Of a stretch of 40,974 bases of DNA, positions 13,793-23,894 are shown in pieces (position 1 is the stretch's first letter; each line of letters begins with the position of its first letter). The DNA comes from a virus (lineage: Duplodnaviria > Caudoviricetes). Position numbers and translations under genes: made by a program. The DNA is taken from IMG/VR virus record IMGVR_UViG_3300047290_000201, positions 1 to 40,974 of that record. One strand, given 5' to 3'. The notes beneath the pieces are model-generated. The model made no database searches. It worked only from the letters and a program-made list of their open reading frames with translations, and was not told the DNA's origin.

Positions 13793-14907
13793 CACTGTCA
13801 GATTTGGAATCGCGCAAGGGCTACTATCAAGTAGGTCACAAGCGTTTTCTCAACAAAGTCCCAGCCATACTCGAAGCCAGTAGGCACGGTCTATTCCCGC
13901 AGTGGGTGTTCATGAACGATCTCCTGGACAAGTATGACTGGAAGACTCCTCCTGATGCCACTCTGTCGCAACTGTATAGGGACCGGTGCCAACAGCTGAG
14001 AGATCAATACTCATGGCTGACATTGAGTTACAGCGGCGGTGCCGATTCGGATAATATATTGAGGACGTTCTTAGACAACAACATCAGGTTAGACGAGCTG
14101 CTGGTGCTCTGGCCTGTGCAACGGTCTGAATCACTGCCAACAGATGCTTGGGATCTTGCCCAGTCCAACTGGACATCGGAATGGGCTCTCACTCTCAAAC
14201 CTCGACTCAGATGGCTGGCTCAGAATCATCCTCACATAAAAATTACTGTGCGTGACTGGGCCCAAGAGCTGCCACACTATCAAGTCAAGGATGACTTTTT
14301 GATTACCAGGGCCAGCATGCTGAGTCCCTATGGTGTCATGAGATGGCATGACAGAGCTAGGTTAGATAGGTTGGCCCACAAAAATGGTGTGTTGATCTAT
14401 GGCACAGACAAACCCCGTTTGTGCATACGGGACGGATGGTACAATATCTACTTTGTGGATGTGGCGGTGCAGGCCAATCAGCCTGAGATAGACGCATGGA
14501 GCGATCATGTGGAACTGTTTTACTGGTCCCCCGATACTTTGGATCTAGTTTGCAAACAGGCTCATACGGTGATTGATTTTTTTCAAGCACATGCCAGTCT
14601 CAACCCCATGTTAGATTGGCCCATACAGGCCCAGTGGCACGAAGACTATCGCAACATAGTCAAGTCACTGATCTATCCGGGCACTTATGATCACTTTCAG
14701 GTAAGGCATTTCGCCTACGACACCATCGTGGATGCTACTGAGTTGGCGGGTTATTTCCGGGAGGTCAATGCCAGGGCTTGGCATACCCTACGTCCCTTGA
14801 TACAAGATAGCTTTGTGGGAACATGGGACGGACAAACCCAATTGACTGGCATGATAAACGGTATGTGGCCAGTACGTGGTGTGATATCTACCAAAAGATT
14901 CGGCTGA
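13789..14907 (+). CDS. PP-loop (adenine nucleotide alpha-hydrolase-like) enzyme
   Basis: LSYSGGADS; later YGTDKP and ELFYWSPD. Confidence 0.75.
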   Translation: MTLSDLESRKGYYQVGHKRFLNKVPAILEASRHGLFPQWVFMNDLLDKYDWKTPPDATLSQLYRDRCQQLRDQYSWLTLSYSGGADSDNILRTFLDNNIRLDELLVLWPVQRSESLPTDAWDLAQSNWTSEWALTLKPRLRWLAQNHPHIKITVRDWAQELPHYQVKDDFLITRASMLSPYGVMRWHDRARLDRLAHKNGVLIYGTDKPRLCIRDGWYNIYFVDVAVQANQPEIDAWSDHVELFYWSPDTLDLVCKQAHTVIDFFQAHASLNPMLDWPIQAQWHEDYRNIVKSLIYPGTYDHFQVRHFAYDTIVDATELAGYFREVNARAWHTLRPLIQDSFVGTWDGQTQLTGMINGMWPVRGVISTKRFG

Positions 14908-14950
14908 CTGCTAGCTTGCGGTAAGTAAAAAATCTTACGGAGACTTACGG

Positions 14951-15853
14951 ATGAAACTGCTCAAAACGTTGATTGTACCATTACTGATGGCTTGGTCTTG
15001 CGTGCAAGCTCAATCTACGGTCACTTTGGTCTATCCCTGGACTCTAGGAGACAGCATGGCCGGGGTAATGATGGCCATGCTGGAAGAGGCTAACCTACAA
15101 CAGAATCGATATCGTTTCGTGATCGAAAGCCGTCCGGGTGCGGGCAGCGCCATCGCGGCCAACCATGTGATACGCACACCCAACACCATACTGAGCACTG
15201 GCGCCAGCGTATGGCTGCGACCTATCTTTTATCCCAAAGAAAGCCATGATCCCAGCCAATTGCGCACCATACTGGTGCAGTTTGAATGTCCATTTGCTGT
15301 GACCAGTGGCCGCTTCAGCAGCTGGAGTCAGGTGCCCCGAGATCGGCCCCTGACCGTGGGCACCAGCGGCTTAGGTGTGGTCACCCATCTCACAGCTACC
15401 CAGATACAAAAGATCTACCCCCAGATGAATGTGGTTCCTTTCCGCAGCACCAGCGAGGCATTACAAAATGCTGTGGGCCAACATGTGGATTTTCATGTGG
15501 GATTCGTGCGACAAGCTGAAGAGTACACCACACGCTCACCGGGGGTGACCATATTGGGTGTAACAGGATCTAGGCCAGTCAAAGATTATCATCCCTTGGT
15601 AAAACAAGGGTTTGGCCAAGAACTGGCTGATATAACTTTGACCCATTTTCTCATGGTCAGCACTAAGACCGATCACAAACTGGCGTCTGACTGGGCCAAC
15701 ATATTGCGCAAGGCCATGACTACACCCCGCGTTAGGGACATGTACAGTCAAGACTACTGCCGAAGCATGGATGATGTGCGCAAGTTGGACAGCTGGCAAC
15801 AGCAACAAATTCAGATATGGTATGCCATGACCAAAGCATTGGGACCACTCTGA
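14951..15853 (+). CDS. tctC: TctC/Bug family substrate-binding protein
   Basis: Signal peptide, IESRPGAGSAIAANHV, VGTSGLG, VVPFRS, GQHVDF. Confidence 0.85.
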   Translation: MKLLKTLIVPLLMAWSCVQAQSTVTLVYPWTLGDSMAGVMMAMLEEANLQQNRYRFVIESRPGAGSAIAANHVIRTPNTILSTGASVWLRPIFYPKESHDPSQLRTILVQFECPFAVTSGRFSSWSQVPRDRPLTVGTSGLGVVTHLTATQIQKIYPQMNVVPFRSTSEALQNAVGQHVDFHVGFVRQAEEYTTRSPGVTILGVTGSRPVKDYHPLVKQGFGQELADITLTHFLMVSTKTDHKLASDWANILRKAMTTPRVRDMYSQDYCRSMDDVRKLDSWQQQQIQIWYAMTKALGPL

Positions 15854-15855
15854 TC

Positions 15856-16485
15856 ATGCGTTGGCCACCTTATTTTTTGGGCTATGGGGCCCATATCTCA
15901 GACCATATGTATGGCCTCTGGGAACCAGTCCTGGATAGATTTCTTTTGGTAGCACCCGATGATCGTATGCTGAGTCAGTTGAGTATTTTGGCCAGCAGAA
16001 GATATAGAACCAGTGTGATCAGATTAGACAGTAGGCGATCTGATCCCAACCTAATTGACAACTCAGTCTGTCTCAATTGGACGCTCAAAGACAGTAGTGC
16101 CATATGGGTAAGTGAACTCAATGCTGGTGTGAACACAGATACTGGTCTATGTGAGGCGTCACCTTGTGATTGGCCTGTTGATCGAGAGCAGGCCTACCTA
16201 ATGGCCTGCTATCATATTCTGCGCAGCCAAACGCCTGGTCAGAGTATGTTTCCGCAGTATTTTAGCTATTGGCGCGCCTATTATGATTTGGTCAAAGTGG
16301 CAATAGATGATCCAGTGTTATTCGGCCAGGATTGGACTGAACTAATTGAGTTTGAAAAACTGTCTAGACGCATTATTTTTCACTCTAGAGATCTTGATCA
16401 ACTCTCAGCCAATTGGAAGGCGTTGCTTGCACAATTCCACATGGTGCAGGAATGGAACAAATGGGTGGAGGATCAGCATGCGTGA
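15856..16485 (+). CDS. Hypothetical protein
   Basis: Fills the operon between neighbours with tight coupling. Confidence 0.7.
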   Translation: MRWPPYFLGYGAHISDHMYGLWEPVLDRFLLVAPDDRMLSQLSILASRRYRTSVIRLDSRRSDPNLIDNSVCLNWTLKDSSAIWVSELNAGVNTDTGLCEASPCDWPVDREQAYLMACYHILRSQTPGQSMFPQYFSYWRAYYDLVKVAIDDPVLFGQDWTELIEFEKLSRRIIFHSRDLDQLSANWKALLAQFHMVQEWNKWVEDQHA

Positions 16486-17581
16486 AAAAATCGTATATGT
16501 GAGACAGACCAAGGATTTGTTGTCAATGATTAGCGGCACTGGTATACTGCACGCGCTGAAAGTGCAAAGTATGTTTTTGGGCAGGGGCTTTTATGCAAGG
16601 GCGGGTGCGGATGTATGGCCACTCAAATTTCAAAGAGATTTCTGGCATCAGCTTATGCCAGTCACTGTTATGCCTCAACCAACTGCCCAAGATCTAGATT
16701 TTGCTCAGTGTACCGACCATGTGTTCAAACACCTGCGTGCCACGCGGTGGGATAGACCATGGTATGTGGACTGGAGTGGCGGTATAGATAGCACTGTAAT
16801 AGTGGTAGCACTGTTACGTAACTTAGCCCCAGCTGATCTTGACAATGTGATAATCAATCTCAATGCGTTCAGTTATTGGGAACATGCTGATTTCTATAGA
16901 GACCATATTCGCCCCAACTTCCGCTGCATCAATACCCAACAGTACGATCGTGATGTTAGAAACTGTGTGCACCACTACCGTGTGCACGGCGACCCCGCAG
17001 ACATGCTTTGGGGCGCTGCAAGATCATTGCAGGCCAAGAAAGATGGTATAGATCTCAGCCGAAGCTGGCGAGATAATGATACCGCCTGGCAACAGTTCAA
17101 TCGTAGATTGTGGGGGGATCAAACAGCACGCTGGATCTATCGCGTGATGACCCAAAGCATAGAATCTGTGCCACAGTACGGGGTTGAGACCATAGCTGAC
17201 TGGTATTGGTGGCTGAACTTCAACTTCAAATGGGTGCAAAAAATGGTCTACGATTATGACCCTGCCGACCAGCCCCAGCAGTACTTTGATAACATCGTAC
17301 CGTGGTATGCTGATCCGGTCTATCAGCTATGGAGCATCAATCATGGTAGATTCAGCCTATTGAACAGCAGCCTTGATGCCTATAAATCAGAAGCAAAAGA
17401 TTACATCTGGTCCTGGGATCACAATGACCTCTATCGCAAATTCAAACTGAAATTCAACAGCACAGGTCGCCCCAGCAGCAAAGAATGTTGGGCAATCACT
17501 GATCGATTGGAGTATTTGGATCGCGAACAGTTGATGTCCAATCCGCAGTTGATGCTTGATCATTTGGTCGATCGCCATTGA
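16478..17581 (+). CDS. PP-loop enzyme, asparagine-synthase C-domain-like
   Basis: WSGGIDST and HGDPADMLWG (cf. SGG.DS / GEGADELFG); YKSEAKDYI. Confidence 0.75.
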   Translation: MREKIVYVRQTKDLLSMISGTGILHALKVQSMFLGRGFYARAGADVWPLKFQRDFWHQLMPVTVMPQPTAQDLDFAQCTDHVFKHLRATRWDRPWYVDWSGGIDSTVIVVALLRNLAPADLDNVIINLNAFSYWEHADFYRDHIRPNFRCINTQQYDRDVRNCVHHYRVHGDPADMLWGAARSLQAKKDGIDLSRSWRDNDTAWQQFNRRLWGDQTARWIYRVMTQSIESVPQYGVETIADWYWWLNFNFKWVQKMVYDYDPADQPQQYFDNIVPWYADPVYQLWSINHGRFSLLNSSLDAYKSEAKDYIWSWDHNDLYRKFKLKFNSTGRPSSKECWAITDRLEYLDREQLMSNPQLMLDHLVDRH

Positions 17582-18042
17582 TATCAGCCGTCCAACACCA
17601 GCCCTGCGGTGACTGCCATCGTTGCTGCCAAGGACACCTGTGGGGCGAGGCCTATGGGCATCAGTTCCGCAAGGGCAAACCCTGCGGTTGGCTGGGTGAT
17701 CGAGGCTGCCTGATCTACCCCAACCACCCCCAGGATCCCTGCAAGAGTTTTGTATGTGGGTGGAAAAGCCAAGGTCGATGGCCTGCACAGCTGAGGCCCG
17801 ATAAGAGCAACGTGATATTCGTGACTCGCCGGGCCGGGGAGCACCGCTACTGGCATGGTGTCAATTGCAGCACTAGATTGGACCACACTGTGTTTGACTG
17901 GGCTTTGCAGCACCATAGATCCACGGGTGAAAATCTAGTGCTGACCCGAGACCAGAGTCTGGTAGCCTACACCCGGGAGCAGTCCTTCCTGGACCAGATC
18001 AAACTCAATTATCCCAACAGTCAGGTCATCTGGCAGAGCTGA
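17578..18042 (+). CDS. YkgJ-like Cys-cluster (CxxCxxCC) protein
   Basis: CGDCHRCC, GCLIYPNHPQDPCKSFVCGW; TTG start overlapping the upstream stop. Confidence 0.78.
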   Translation: MISAVQHQPCGDCHRCCQGHLWGEAYGHQFRKGKPCGWLGDRGCLIYPNHPQDPCKSFVCGWKSQGRWPAQLRPDKSNVIFVTRRAGEHRYWHGVNCSTRLDHTVFDWALQHHRSTGENLVLTRDQSLVAYTREQSFLDQIKLNYPNSQVIWQS

Positions 18043-18071
18043 CCTTCCCATAAATACCGGGGAGGTGCTGA

Positions 18072-18305
18072 GTGTTACCCGAACGTCATTGGTTTATCCA
18101 CTATGCCAGCGTGCCTTGGCCCTATCTGGATCAGAGTCAGTTGGATTGGGAACGGGGCATCACTGCTGTACAGCATTGGCTCACGGACCAAGTGGGCGGG
18201 CATCTTGACACCTGGGCCTGGGACGATGGCCGCGTGCCCTATCATCTGGGTGTGAGTTTTAGATGGGACCAAGATCGCCTCATGTTTGTGTTGCGATGGT
18301 CGTAA
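18072..18305 (+). CDS. Small hypothetical protein ending FVLRW
   Basis: GGAGG RBS, GTG start, TAAATA upstream. Confidence 0.7.
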   Translation: MLPERHWFIHYASVPWPYLDQSQLDWERGITAVQHWLTDQVGGHLDTWAWDDGRVPYHLGVSFRWDQDRLMFVLRWS

Positions 18306-18332
18306 AAAAAGCCCCTGGACCAGGGGCTTTTT
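18304..18332. terminator. Bidirectional intrinsic terminator
   Basis: A7-GCCCCTGG-A-CCAGGGGC-T5 between convergent genes. Confidence 0.88.
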
Positions 18333-18351
18333 GATCTGCTGTGATCAGAGT

Positions 18352-19062
18352 TTAGAAGCTCTTGTTCACCGACAGCATCACGCCCTGTTGATACAGTTTC
18401 ATTCCATTCAGCGTGTTGGCTGCCTTGGCACCTGCACCAAATTGGCCGTTGCCCACGTAGTGCACACCCACTCCCACGCCCGCCACCTGCATGGTACCAC
18501 CCACGCGATAGTCGGTATAGTTTAGGTTGCTGTGGTTGGCGTACTGTGTACGGCCCAGATGCGCGTTCAGCGTGAAATCCTTGGTCACGGGCTGATTGGC
18601 ATTGACTTCAAAGTAGCGTGTGCCCGAGCTGTTGGCCAGCCCAAAGTAGTCGCTGACGCTTTGGCTGACCTTGGCGCTCACGATGCCTTTTTCCACACCA
18701 ACGTACAGCTCATGCGTGTTGCTGTGGCTGCCAAACTTGTGATCGCGCTGGTTGTAGAGATAGTTATAGGTGCCCACATCTAGCTTGACAACACCCAAGT
18801 CTTTCTTGAAACCAGCGTAAAGGTCATGTTCCAAACCAACCGAGTCGGTATAGTTGGCCGAGCTCACATTGCTGTTCCAGTTACCCGCGTAAACACCGCT
18901 GCTGTGGGCGTAGTCAAAACCACCCTGCAGGGCTGAACCTTTTTGCGTTTGGCTGATACCGCGGAAACGATAGTCCGAGGTCAGTCCCACGTTGCCGGTC
19001 AGTTGGGCATGGGCCACGCTGGTGGCGGCCATCAGTAGTGCTGCTGCTAAAAACTTCTTCAT
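18352..19062 (-). CDS. TorF/TIGR02001-family putative outer-membrane porin
   Basis: Signal peptide, LTGNVGLTSDYRFRGISQT, ALQGGFDY, terminal Phe. Confidence 0.88.
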   Translation of the reverse strand: MKKFLAAALLMAATSVAHAQLTGNVGLTSDYRFRGISQTQKGSALQGGFDYAHSSGVYAGNWNSNVSSANYTDSVGLEHDLYAGFKKDLGVVKLDVGTYNYLYNQRDHKFGSHSNTHELYVGVEKGIVSAKVSQSVSDYFGLANSSGTRYFEVNANQPVTKDFTLNAHLGRTQYANHSNLNYTDYRVGGTMQVAGVGVGVHYVGNGQFGAGAKAANTLNGMKLYQQGVMLSVNKSF

Positions 19063-19134
19063 CGATGATCTCCTTGTATGTGCGCTGCCGGTTGGCAGCA
19101 CTGCTATTATGTATGCTGGACAATGCCAGCTCAT

Positions 19135-19160
19135 AAAAAACCGCCACACAGAGTGGCGGT
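19135..19160 (-). terminator. Intrinsic terminator
   Basis: ACCGCCAC/GTGGCGGT hairpin followed by T6 on minus strand. Confidence 0.75.
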
Positions 19161-19174
19161 GTGATTGGTCGCTG

Positions 19175-19405
19175 TTATTTCTTGTTGAAAGCCCAGTACA
19201 ACACCGCGATGGCTACCAAGCCCACCAAGCCCTGTTGTCCCAGCGCCGTGACCAGTTTGATGATACCCGCTACCACATCCAGCCCAATAAAGGGCACTGC
19301 TGCACCAAACAGGATCTGCAGTACCACGGCCACCGCGATCAGCTTGACACCCAGATCCAACACATTGTTGAGAATGGCACCTGCCACTTGGAATACATTG
19401 TTCAT
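19175..19405 (-). CDS. Small membrane protein
   Basis: Hydrophobic 76 aa; AAGGAGG RBS. Confidence 0.8.
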   Translation of the reverse strand: MNNVFQVAGAILNNVLDLGVKLIAVAVVLQILFGAAVPFIGLDVVAGIIKLVTALGQQGLVGLVAIAVLYWAFNKK

Positions 19406-19615
19406 AACAACCTCCTTTGGTTCGACTTCCTAGCGAAGACGTAATTTTATTTACAGGTTGGTCCGAGGTCTGGCGGTTTATGCTGGATTTTTGGCAGAAA
19501 AGAGGCAAAATATGGTCACTTTTGGCTAACAACAGGGTTGACCATGGTCAGTGGCTTTGCTATACTGTACCAACGCTGATGAACTTCAGCTACACTTTAG
19601 AGAGGAAATCTAGCA

Positions 19616-19888
19616 ATGAGCAAACTTCACATCAACCCCGAAACCAAGACGTTCAAGCTGTTCTCGGCCCTGCGCGATGGTGCTACCATCAGCGCCAGCC
19701 AAGCTGAGAAACGCTTCGGCATCAAGAACATCACCGCCGAAGTGAGCCGCATCCGCCAAAGCGGCCATGCTGTGTATGCCAACACCCGCAAGGCTCGTAA
19801 CGGCGTCACGGTTACAGAGTACGTGATGGGCAAACCCAGCCGCAAGCTGGTCGCCGCTGGTTACCGTGCTCTGCAGTTGGGCCTGTAA
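19616..19888 (+). CDS. Small basic winged-helix-like DNA-binding protein
   Basis: LRDGATISASQAEKRFGIKNITAEVSRIRQSG; GAGG RBS; upstream TTGACC-17-TATACT. Confidence 0.72.
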   Translation: MSKLHINPETKTFKLFSALRDGATISASQAEKRFGIKNITAEVSRIRQSGHAVYANTRKARNGVTVTEYVMGKPSRKLVAAGYRALQLGL

Positions 19889-19907
19889 TAAGTAATTGGT
19901 CCATCCC

Positions 19908-19934
19908 AAAAGCCGCCCTAGGGCGGCTTTTTTT
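19908..19934 (+). terminator. Intrinsic terminator
   Basis: AAAAGCCGCCC-TA-GGGCGGC-T7. Confidence 0.88.
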
Positions 19935-19996
19935 ATGGTTGACTGCAACGCGGAATCTGTGTTATACTGTGGGGGACATCAACTTGGAGGCGCAGC

Positions 19997-20344
19997 ATGC
20001 AGATCGATATGTCTTTGGTAGTGTGGTTGCTCTGTGCTTGGGTACTGGGTTTTGGTCTAGGTTACTTGCGGGGCATCAATGCCGTGGTACACATGATGCG
20101 TGAGTTGGAGGCCCAAGCCGCTGCCAGTGGAGAACTGCAAGTGCGGGCGGATCTGCTGCAGGGCTGTATCTATCTCTATGACATCACCAACGGAGGCGAG
20201 CGTTTCCTAGTGCAGGGTGCCACAGTGGAAGAACTGCTGCACAAAGTCGAGACTCAATTTGGTGACCTGCACTTTAGGGTGGTGGCAGGCGATGCTAGGC
20301 ACATGCTCAGACAGTATTTGAACTCACACAAGGACGCAGAATGA
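19997..20344 (+). CDS. Hypothetical protein with N-terminal TM helix
   Basis: GGAGG RBS, own sigma70 promoter. Confidence 0.75.
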   Translation: MQIDMSLVVWLLCAWVLGFGLGYLRGINAVVHMMRELEAQAAASGELQVRADLLQGCIYLYDITNGGERFLVQGATVEELLHKVETQFGDLHFRVVAGDARHMLRQYLNSHKDAE

Positions 20345-21066
20345 AAGTACACATTGGACCTTATCGCTCATGGTTTGGCCCCTATCAGCTGGCCGAACTG
20401 CTGTGCTTCTGGGCTAGAAAACAAAAGGACGAATATGGTTTCCCTCAGAAGCCCGACTGGGTGCACAATTTCGGTGAGTGGCTGGCCCACGGCTCAGTAG
20501 AACCCAAATCCCAAGTGGGGGAGATCCGCAGCTGGGACCGCGAACGACACGAGACCTGGCTGTATCGGTTGCTGCAATGGATTCATACTAAGCAAAAGCG
20601 TACCATCAAAGTGCATATCGATCGCTGGGATACCTGGAGCATGGATCATACCCTAGCCCTGATCGTGCTGCCCATGCTGCGCCAGCTCAACGAGACCAAA
20701 CACGGCGCACCCCTAGTGGATGACGAAGATGTGCCCCAACCGCTGCGATCGACCACAGCACCTGTTCAGACTCAGGAAGAAAAAGACTGCGGTCATCCCG
20801 ATGGCAATCACTTTGCCCGCTGGGACTGGGTCTTGGGCGAAATGATCTGGGCGTTCGAGCAAGAACTAGATGACGATGCTGAGCACCAGTTCTACTCGGG
20901 GGAGAGTGATCTCCAGTGGAAGCAGCTGGACAATGACATGAGCGAAATGCTGCACGGACCCAATCACACCATGGAGATCGACCATGCGGGACTGGAGGCC
21001 TGGCAGGCTCGCAAGCAGAATGGCTTCCGCTTGTTTGGCAAATACTATCAAAATCTCTGGGACTGA
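20341..21066 (+). CDS. Conserved T4-like phage hypothetical protein
   Basis: DRWDTWSMDHTLALIVLPML and GFRLFGKYYQNLWD motifs. Confidence 0.82.
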   Translation: MKVHIGPYRSWFGPYQLAELLCFWARKQKDEYGFPQKPDWVHNFGEWLAHGSVEPKSQVGEIRSWDRERHETWLYRLLQWIHTKQKRTIKVHIDRWDTWSMDHTLALIVLPMLRQLNETKHGAPLVDDEDVPQPLRSTTAPVQTQEEKDCGHPDGNHFARWDWVLGEMIWAFEQELDDDAEHQFYSGESDLQWKQLDNDMSEMLHGPNHTMEIDHAGLEAWQARKQNGFRLFGKYYQNLWD

Positions 21067-21067
21067 C

Positions 21068-21883
21068 ATGACCTTCAACATTTTGACCCCAGCCAGGATG
21101 CGAGGTAAATCACGCATGGCCAATATCAAAACTTTGGGCCAACTGTTAGGCCCGCAAGACTATGTGAACAGTGTGAGCACACCTGCTGAAATTGATCCCG
21201 ATGGCATGGATCGTTGGGCCCACTACTGCTGGCGGGCACAGGTCATGAACCACAATCAACAGCACATGATCAACTTCATGGCCACCCATGCTAGCAGTCC
21301 ATTCGGCATGCTAGTGTGGGAAAGCCTGCGTGACACATGTGCGCAAGTGACTCCCCAAGAACAGCTCGAGGTGGGCAAGAGCATTATTGGCAGCATGCGC
21401 GATTTTTATAATCTGCGATGGGCGCATCAAAAAATGCTGGGCATGGGTACTGCCAGCAAATGGCGCAAGGACGCGGCACGCTGCCTCAATGGCACTGTGT
21501 ATCAGCAGGGCGACGAAGGTCTCATACATACCCTATACTGGTTCTGGCAAAGCGATAGTCTGCACGAGAGGTTGAAAACGCTCTTTCCCAACAGTGTGAC
21601 CCAGCTCAAGGATGGTCGTTTGAGCCTGACCAGTGTGGAGCGAGGCATCCGCCTCTACAAACGCCGCTGGCACGTGGATTATTGGTTTTGCAACAGCACA
21701 GGCGATCTCTACAGATGGAGCCTGCCGCAAGCAGATGGCCAGATCAGCATGCTGGATGATCTTTGGCAACGGGCTCGCCACCATAACCTAGTCTTGGAGG
21801 CCCAGGGTCATGTGGTGCGGGATCATGTGATGGGTGACATCATGCAACTGCGTCCCCTGCGTTTGGTGACGCTGCCATGCTAG
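21068..21883 (+). CDS. Hypothetical protein
   Basis: Long ORF coupled to neighbours. Confidence 0.72.
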   Translation: MTFNILTPARMRGKSRMANIKTLGQLLGPQDYVNSVSTPAEIDPDGMDRWAHYCWRAQVMNHNQQHMINFMATHASSPFGMLVWESLRDTCAQVTPQEQLEVGKSIIGSMRDFYNLRWAHQKMLGMGTASKWRKDAARCLNGTVYQQGDEGLIHTLYWFWQSDSLHERLKTLFPNSVTQLKDGRLSLTSVERGIRLYKRRWHVDYWFCNSTGDLYRWSLPQADGQISMLDDLWQRARHHNLVLEAQGHVVRDHVMGDIMQLRPLRLVTLPC

Positions 21884-22143
21884 ATCGTCGATCGCTGATC
21901 GCTGCGACCAGTCCCAGACAGGCACGTAGACGCCTGAGTCGAGCGCAATACATGGTCTGGCTCAAACAGGCCTGCTGGGATCGCCTGCGCTATACCACCG
22001 TGGGTCGCAGTTTCTGTGACTATTTTGCTATCAAGGATGAGTTCCTGCTACATACAGCTGACGAGGCTAGGCATTGGGAACACATCCAGACACACTATCG
22101 CCAGCAGCAGCCGCTGACGCATGGCCCTACAGCACAGAGATAG
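21877..22143 (+). CDS. Hypothetical protein
   Basis: Overlaps upstream stop. Confidence 0.6.
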   Translation: MLDRRSLIAATSPRQARRRLSRAQYMVWLKQACWDRLRYTTVGRSFCDYFAIKDEFLLHTADEARHWEHIQTHYRQQQPLTHGPTAQR

Positions 22144-22316
22144 CCATCGGGTATGGTGGTCTGGGCCACGTATTGGAATGGTGCCAGCGAGACTGCTCTA
22201 GGGAATGGCGCTGGCGCATGAAAGACACTGCCAACGATAGCTGGCACTATGAATTCTTTTTCCTAGATGGTCGCGATGCCATGGCTTTTAGGCTGAGATG
22301 GCAAGGTGCCAGTTGA
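22074..22316 (+). CDS. Small hypothetical protein ending FRLRW (start uncertain)
   Basis: Similar C-terminus to 18072-18305. Confidence 0.55.
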   Translation: MGTHPDTLSPAAAADAWPYSTEIAIGYGGLGHVLEWCQRDCSREWRWRMKDTANDSWHYEFFFLDGRDAMAFRLRWQGAS

Positions 22317-22358
22317 TGCCGTGCGCACCAGGTGCTACAATATGCAAAAGGTGATCAC

Positions 22359-23423
22359 ATGAAGATATGGTTGGTAGAACTAGAAGCGGTAGAAACTCGC
22401 TACACTGGGCAGTGGAAGACATGGATCCCCCAACTGCTGCGAGATCAAGGACATCAAGTGGACATAGTGAGTGGCCCCAGCGACATACCCGCGGCCACCA
22501 CTCCGGGCGCCTTCCTGAACTTTGGCGGCACCAATGTGTACAAAGCGGCCCAGGTCCAACAGATAGGTCGCTTGTTCTGCGACGGCATGATACAGCCGGG
22601 CGATCACTTTTTGTTTACTGATGCTTGGCATCCGGGCATAATCAATCTCAAATACATGAGTGAGCTGTTGGACATTCCCGTGGTGATACATGGGCTATGG
22701 CATGCGGGCAGTTATGATCCCCAGGACTTCCTGGGTCGGTTGATAGGCGACGAACCCTGGGTCCGACACGCCGAACGCTCCTTTTTCCATGCCATAGATC
22801 ATAACTACTTTGCCACCCAATTCCACAAGCGCATGTTCTGTGAGACTCTGTTGGGATTCACTCCCGCGGACATCATGTTCGATCGCAAGATCATACAGAC
22901 TGGTTGGCCCATGGAATACATGAACCAGACCTTGGCACCCTATGGGGGCATGCCCAAGCGTGATCTTATTCTTTTTCCGCATCGCATCGCGTCCGAAAAA
23001 CAAGTGGAGATCTTTAGAGATCTGGCCCAACATCTGCCACAGTATGAATTCGTGGTCTGCCAAGATCAACCACTGACCAAACACCAATATCACACGCTGC
23101 TGGGTCAGGCCAAGATCGTGTTCAGCGCCAATCTACAAGAGACCCTGGGCATCAGCTGCTACGAGGGTGCGGTGGTGGGTGCTGTGCCCATGGTACCGGA
23201 CAGGCTCAGCTACACAGAAATGTACATGGATGCTTTCAAATATCCTAGCGAGTGGACAGCCAGCTGGGATCAATACCAGCAGCATCGTGCAGATATCTGC
23301 CAGCGTGTGCATAGACTGATCCAAAACTATGATGCTCTGGTGCCCCTGATCGCTCAGCAGGCCCGCGACCTAGATGATCGCTATTTTTCGGCCCAGGGCC
23401 TGCTGCAACAGTTCGGGGGCTGA
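22359..23423 (+). CDS. Glycosyltransferase (GT-B fold)
   Basis: FTDAWHPG, FPHRIASEKQ, LQETLGISCYEG, VPDRLSYTE. Confidence 0.82.
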   Translation: MKIWLVELEAVETRYTGQWKTWIPQLLRDQGHQVDIVSGPSDIPAATTPGAFLNFGGTNVYKAAQVQQIGRLFCDGMIQPGDHFLFTDAWHPGIINLKYMSELLDIPVVIHGLWHAGSYDPQDFLGRLIGDEPWVRHAERSFFHAIDHNYFATQFHKRMFCETLLGFTPADIMFDRKIIQTGWPMEYMNQTLAPYGGMPKRDLILFPHRIASEKQVEIFRDLAQHLPQYEFVVCQDQPLTKHQYHTLLGQAKIVFSANLQETLGISCYEGAVVGAVPMVPDRLSYTEMYMDAFKYPSEWTASWDQYQQHRADICQRVHRLIQNYDALVPLIAQQARDLDDRYFSAQGLLQQFGG

Positions 23424-23617
23424 TGCCGATGGGTCACACTCTGTTGGCCGTGATCGGCCATGTCAGCGTGATCCTGCTGGCGCTTTGGCTCTATGGCCAA
23501 TATTTCGCGCAATGGCTAGAAAGACCCCGGGTGTTCACGCTGATCATGCTGCAGGTACTGCCCCTGGGCGCGGGCTACATGTATATCCAATTGGTCGGCC
23601 TACTGTTGGGTCTCTAG
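23423..23617 (+). CDS. Small membrane protein
   Basis: Two hydrophobic segments; TGATG coupling. Confidence 0.55.
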   Translation: MPMGHTLLAVIGHVSVILLALWLYGQYFAQWLERPRVFTLIMLQVLPLGAGYMYIQLVGLLLGL

Positions 23618-23679
23618 ATCCCAAGGTTGACCATAAACTGCAAGATCGCTACAATAAGCACTCACAGTAAGGAGAACGC

Positions 23680-23883
23680 ATGGATCAGTCACACGGATCA
23701 CCCTATGACCGCGGCAGCGCGGATGCCTACTATCGCCGAAGCCGCGATCCCCACTACTGGCCCGAGGGCACCTACCGGGGCACCCGGGTAGAGGCAGCTG
23801 ACATGACTGCCCAGCAGCTGGCCCAGTATGAACAGGGCTATCAAGAGCAGGTGGCCAGCGGGGATTTCAAAGATTGGGGCTAA
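23680..23883 (+). CDS. Small conserved phage protein
   Basis: AAGGAG RBS; GSPYDRGSADAYY...GDFKDWG. Confidence 0.8.
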   Translation: MDQSHGSPYDRGSADAYYRRSRDPHYWPEGTYRGTRVEAADMTAQQLAQYEQGYQEQVASGDFKDWG

Positions 23884-23894
23884 CAACCCTGCTA

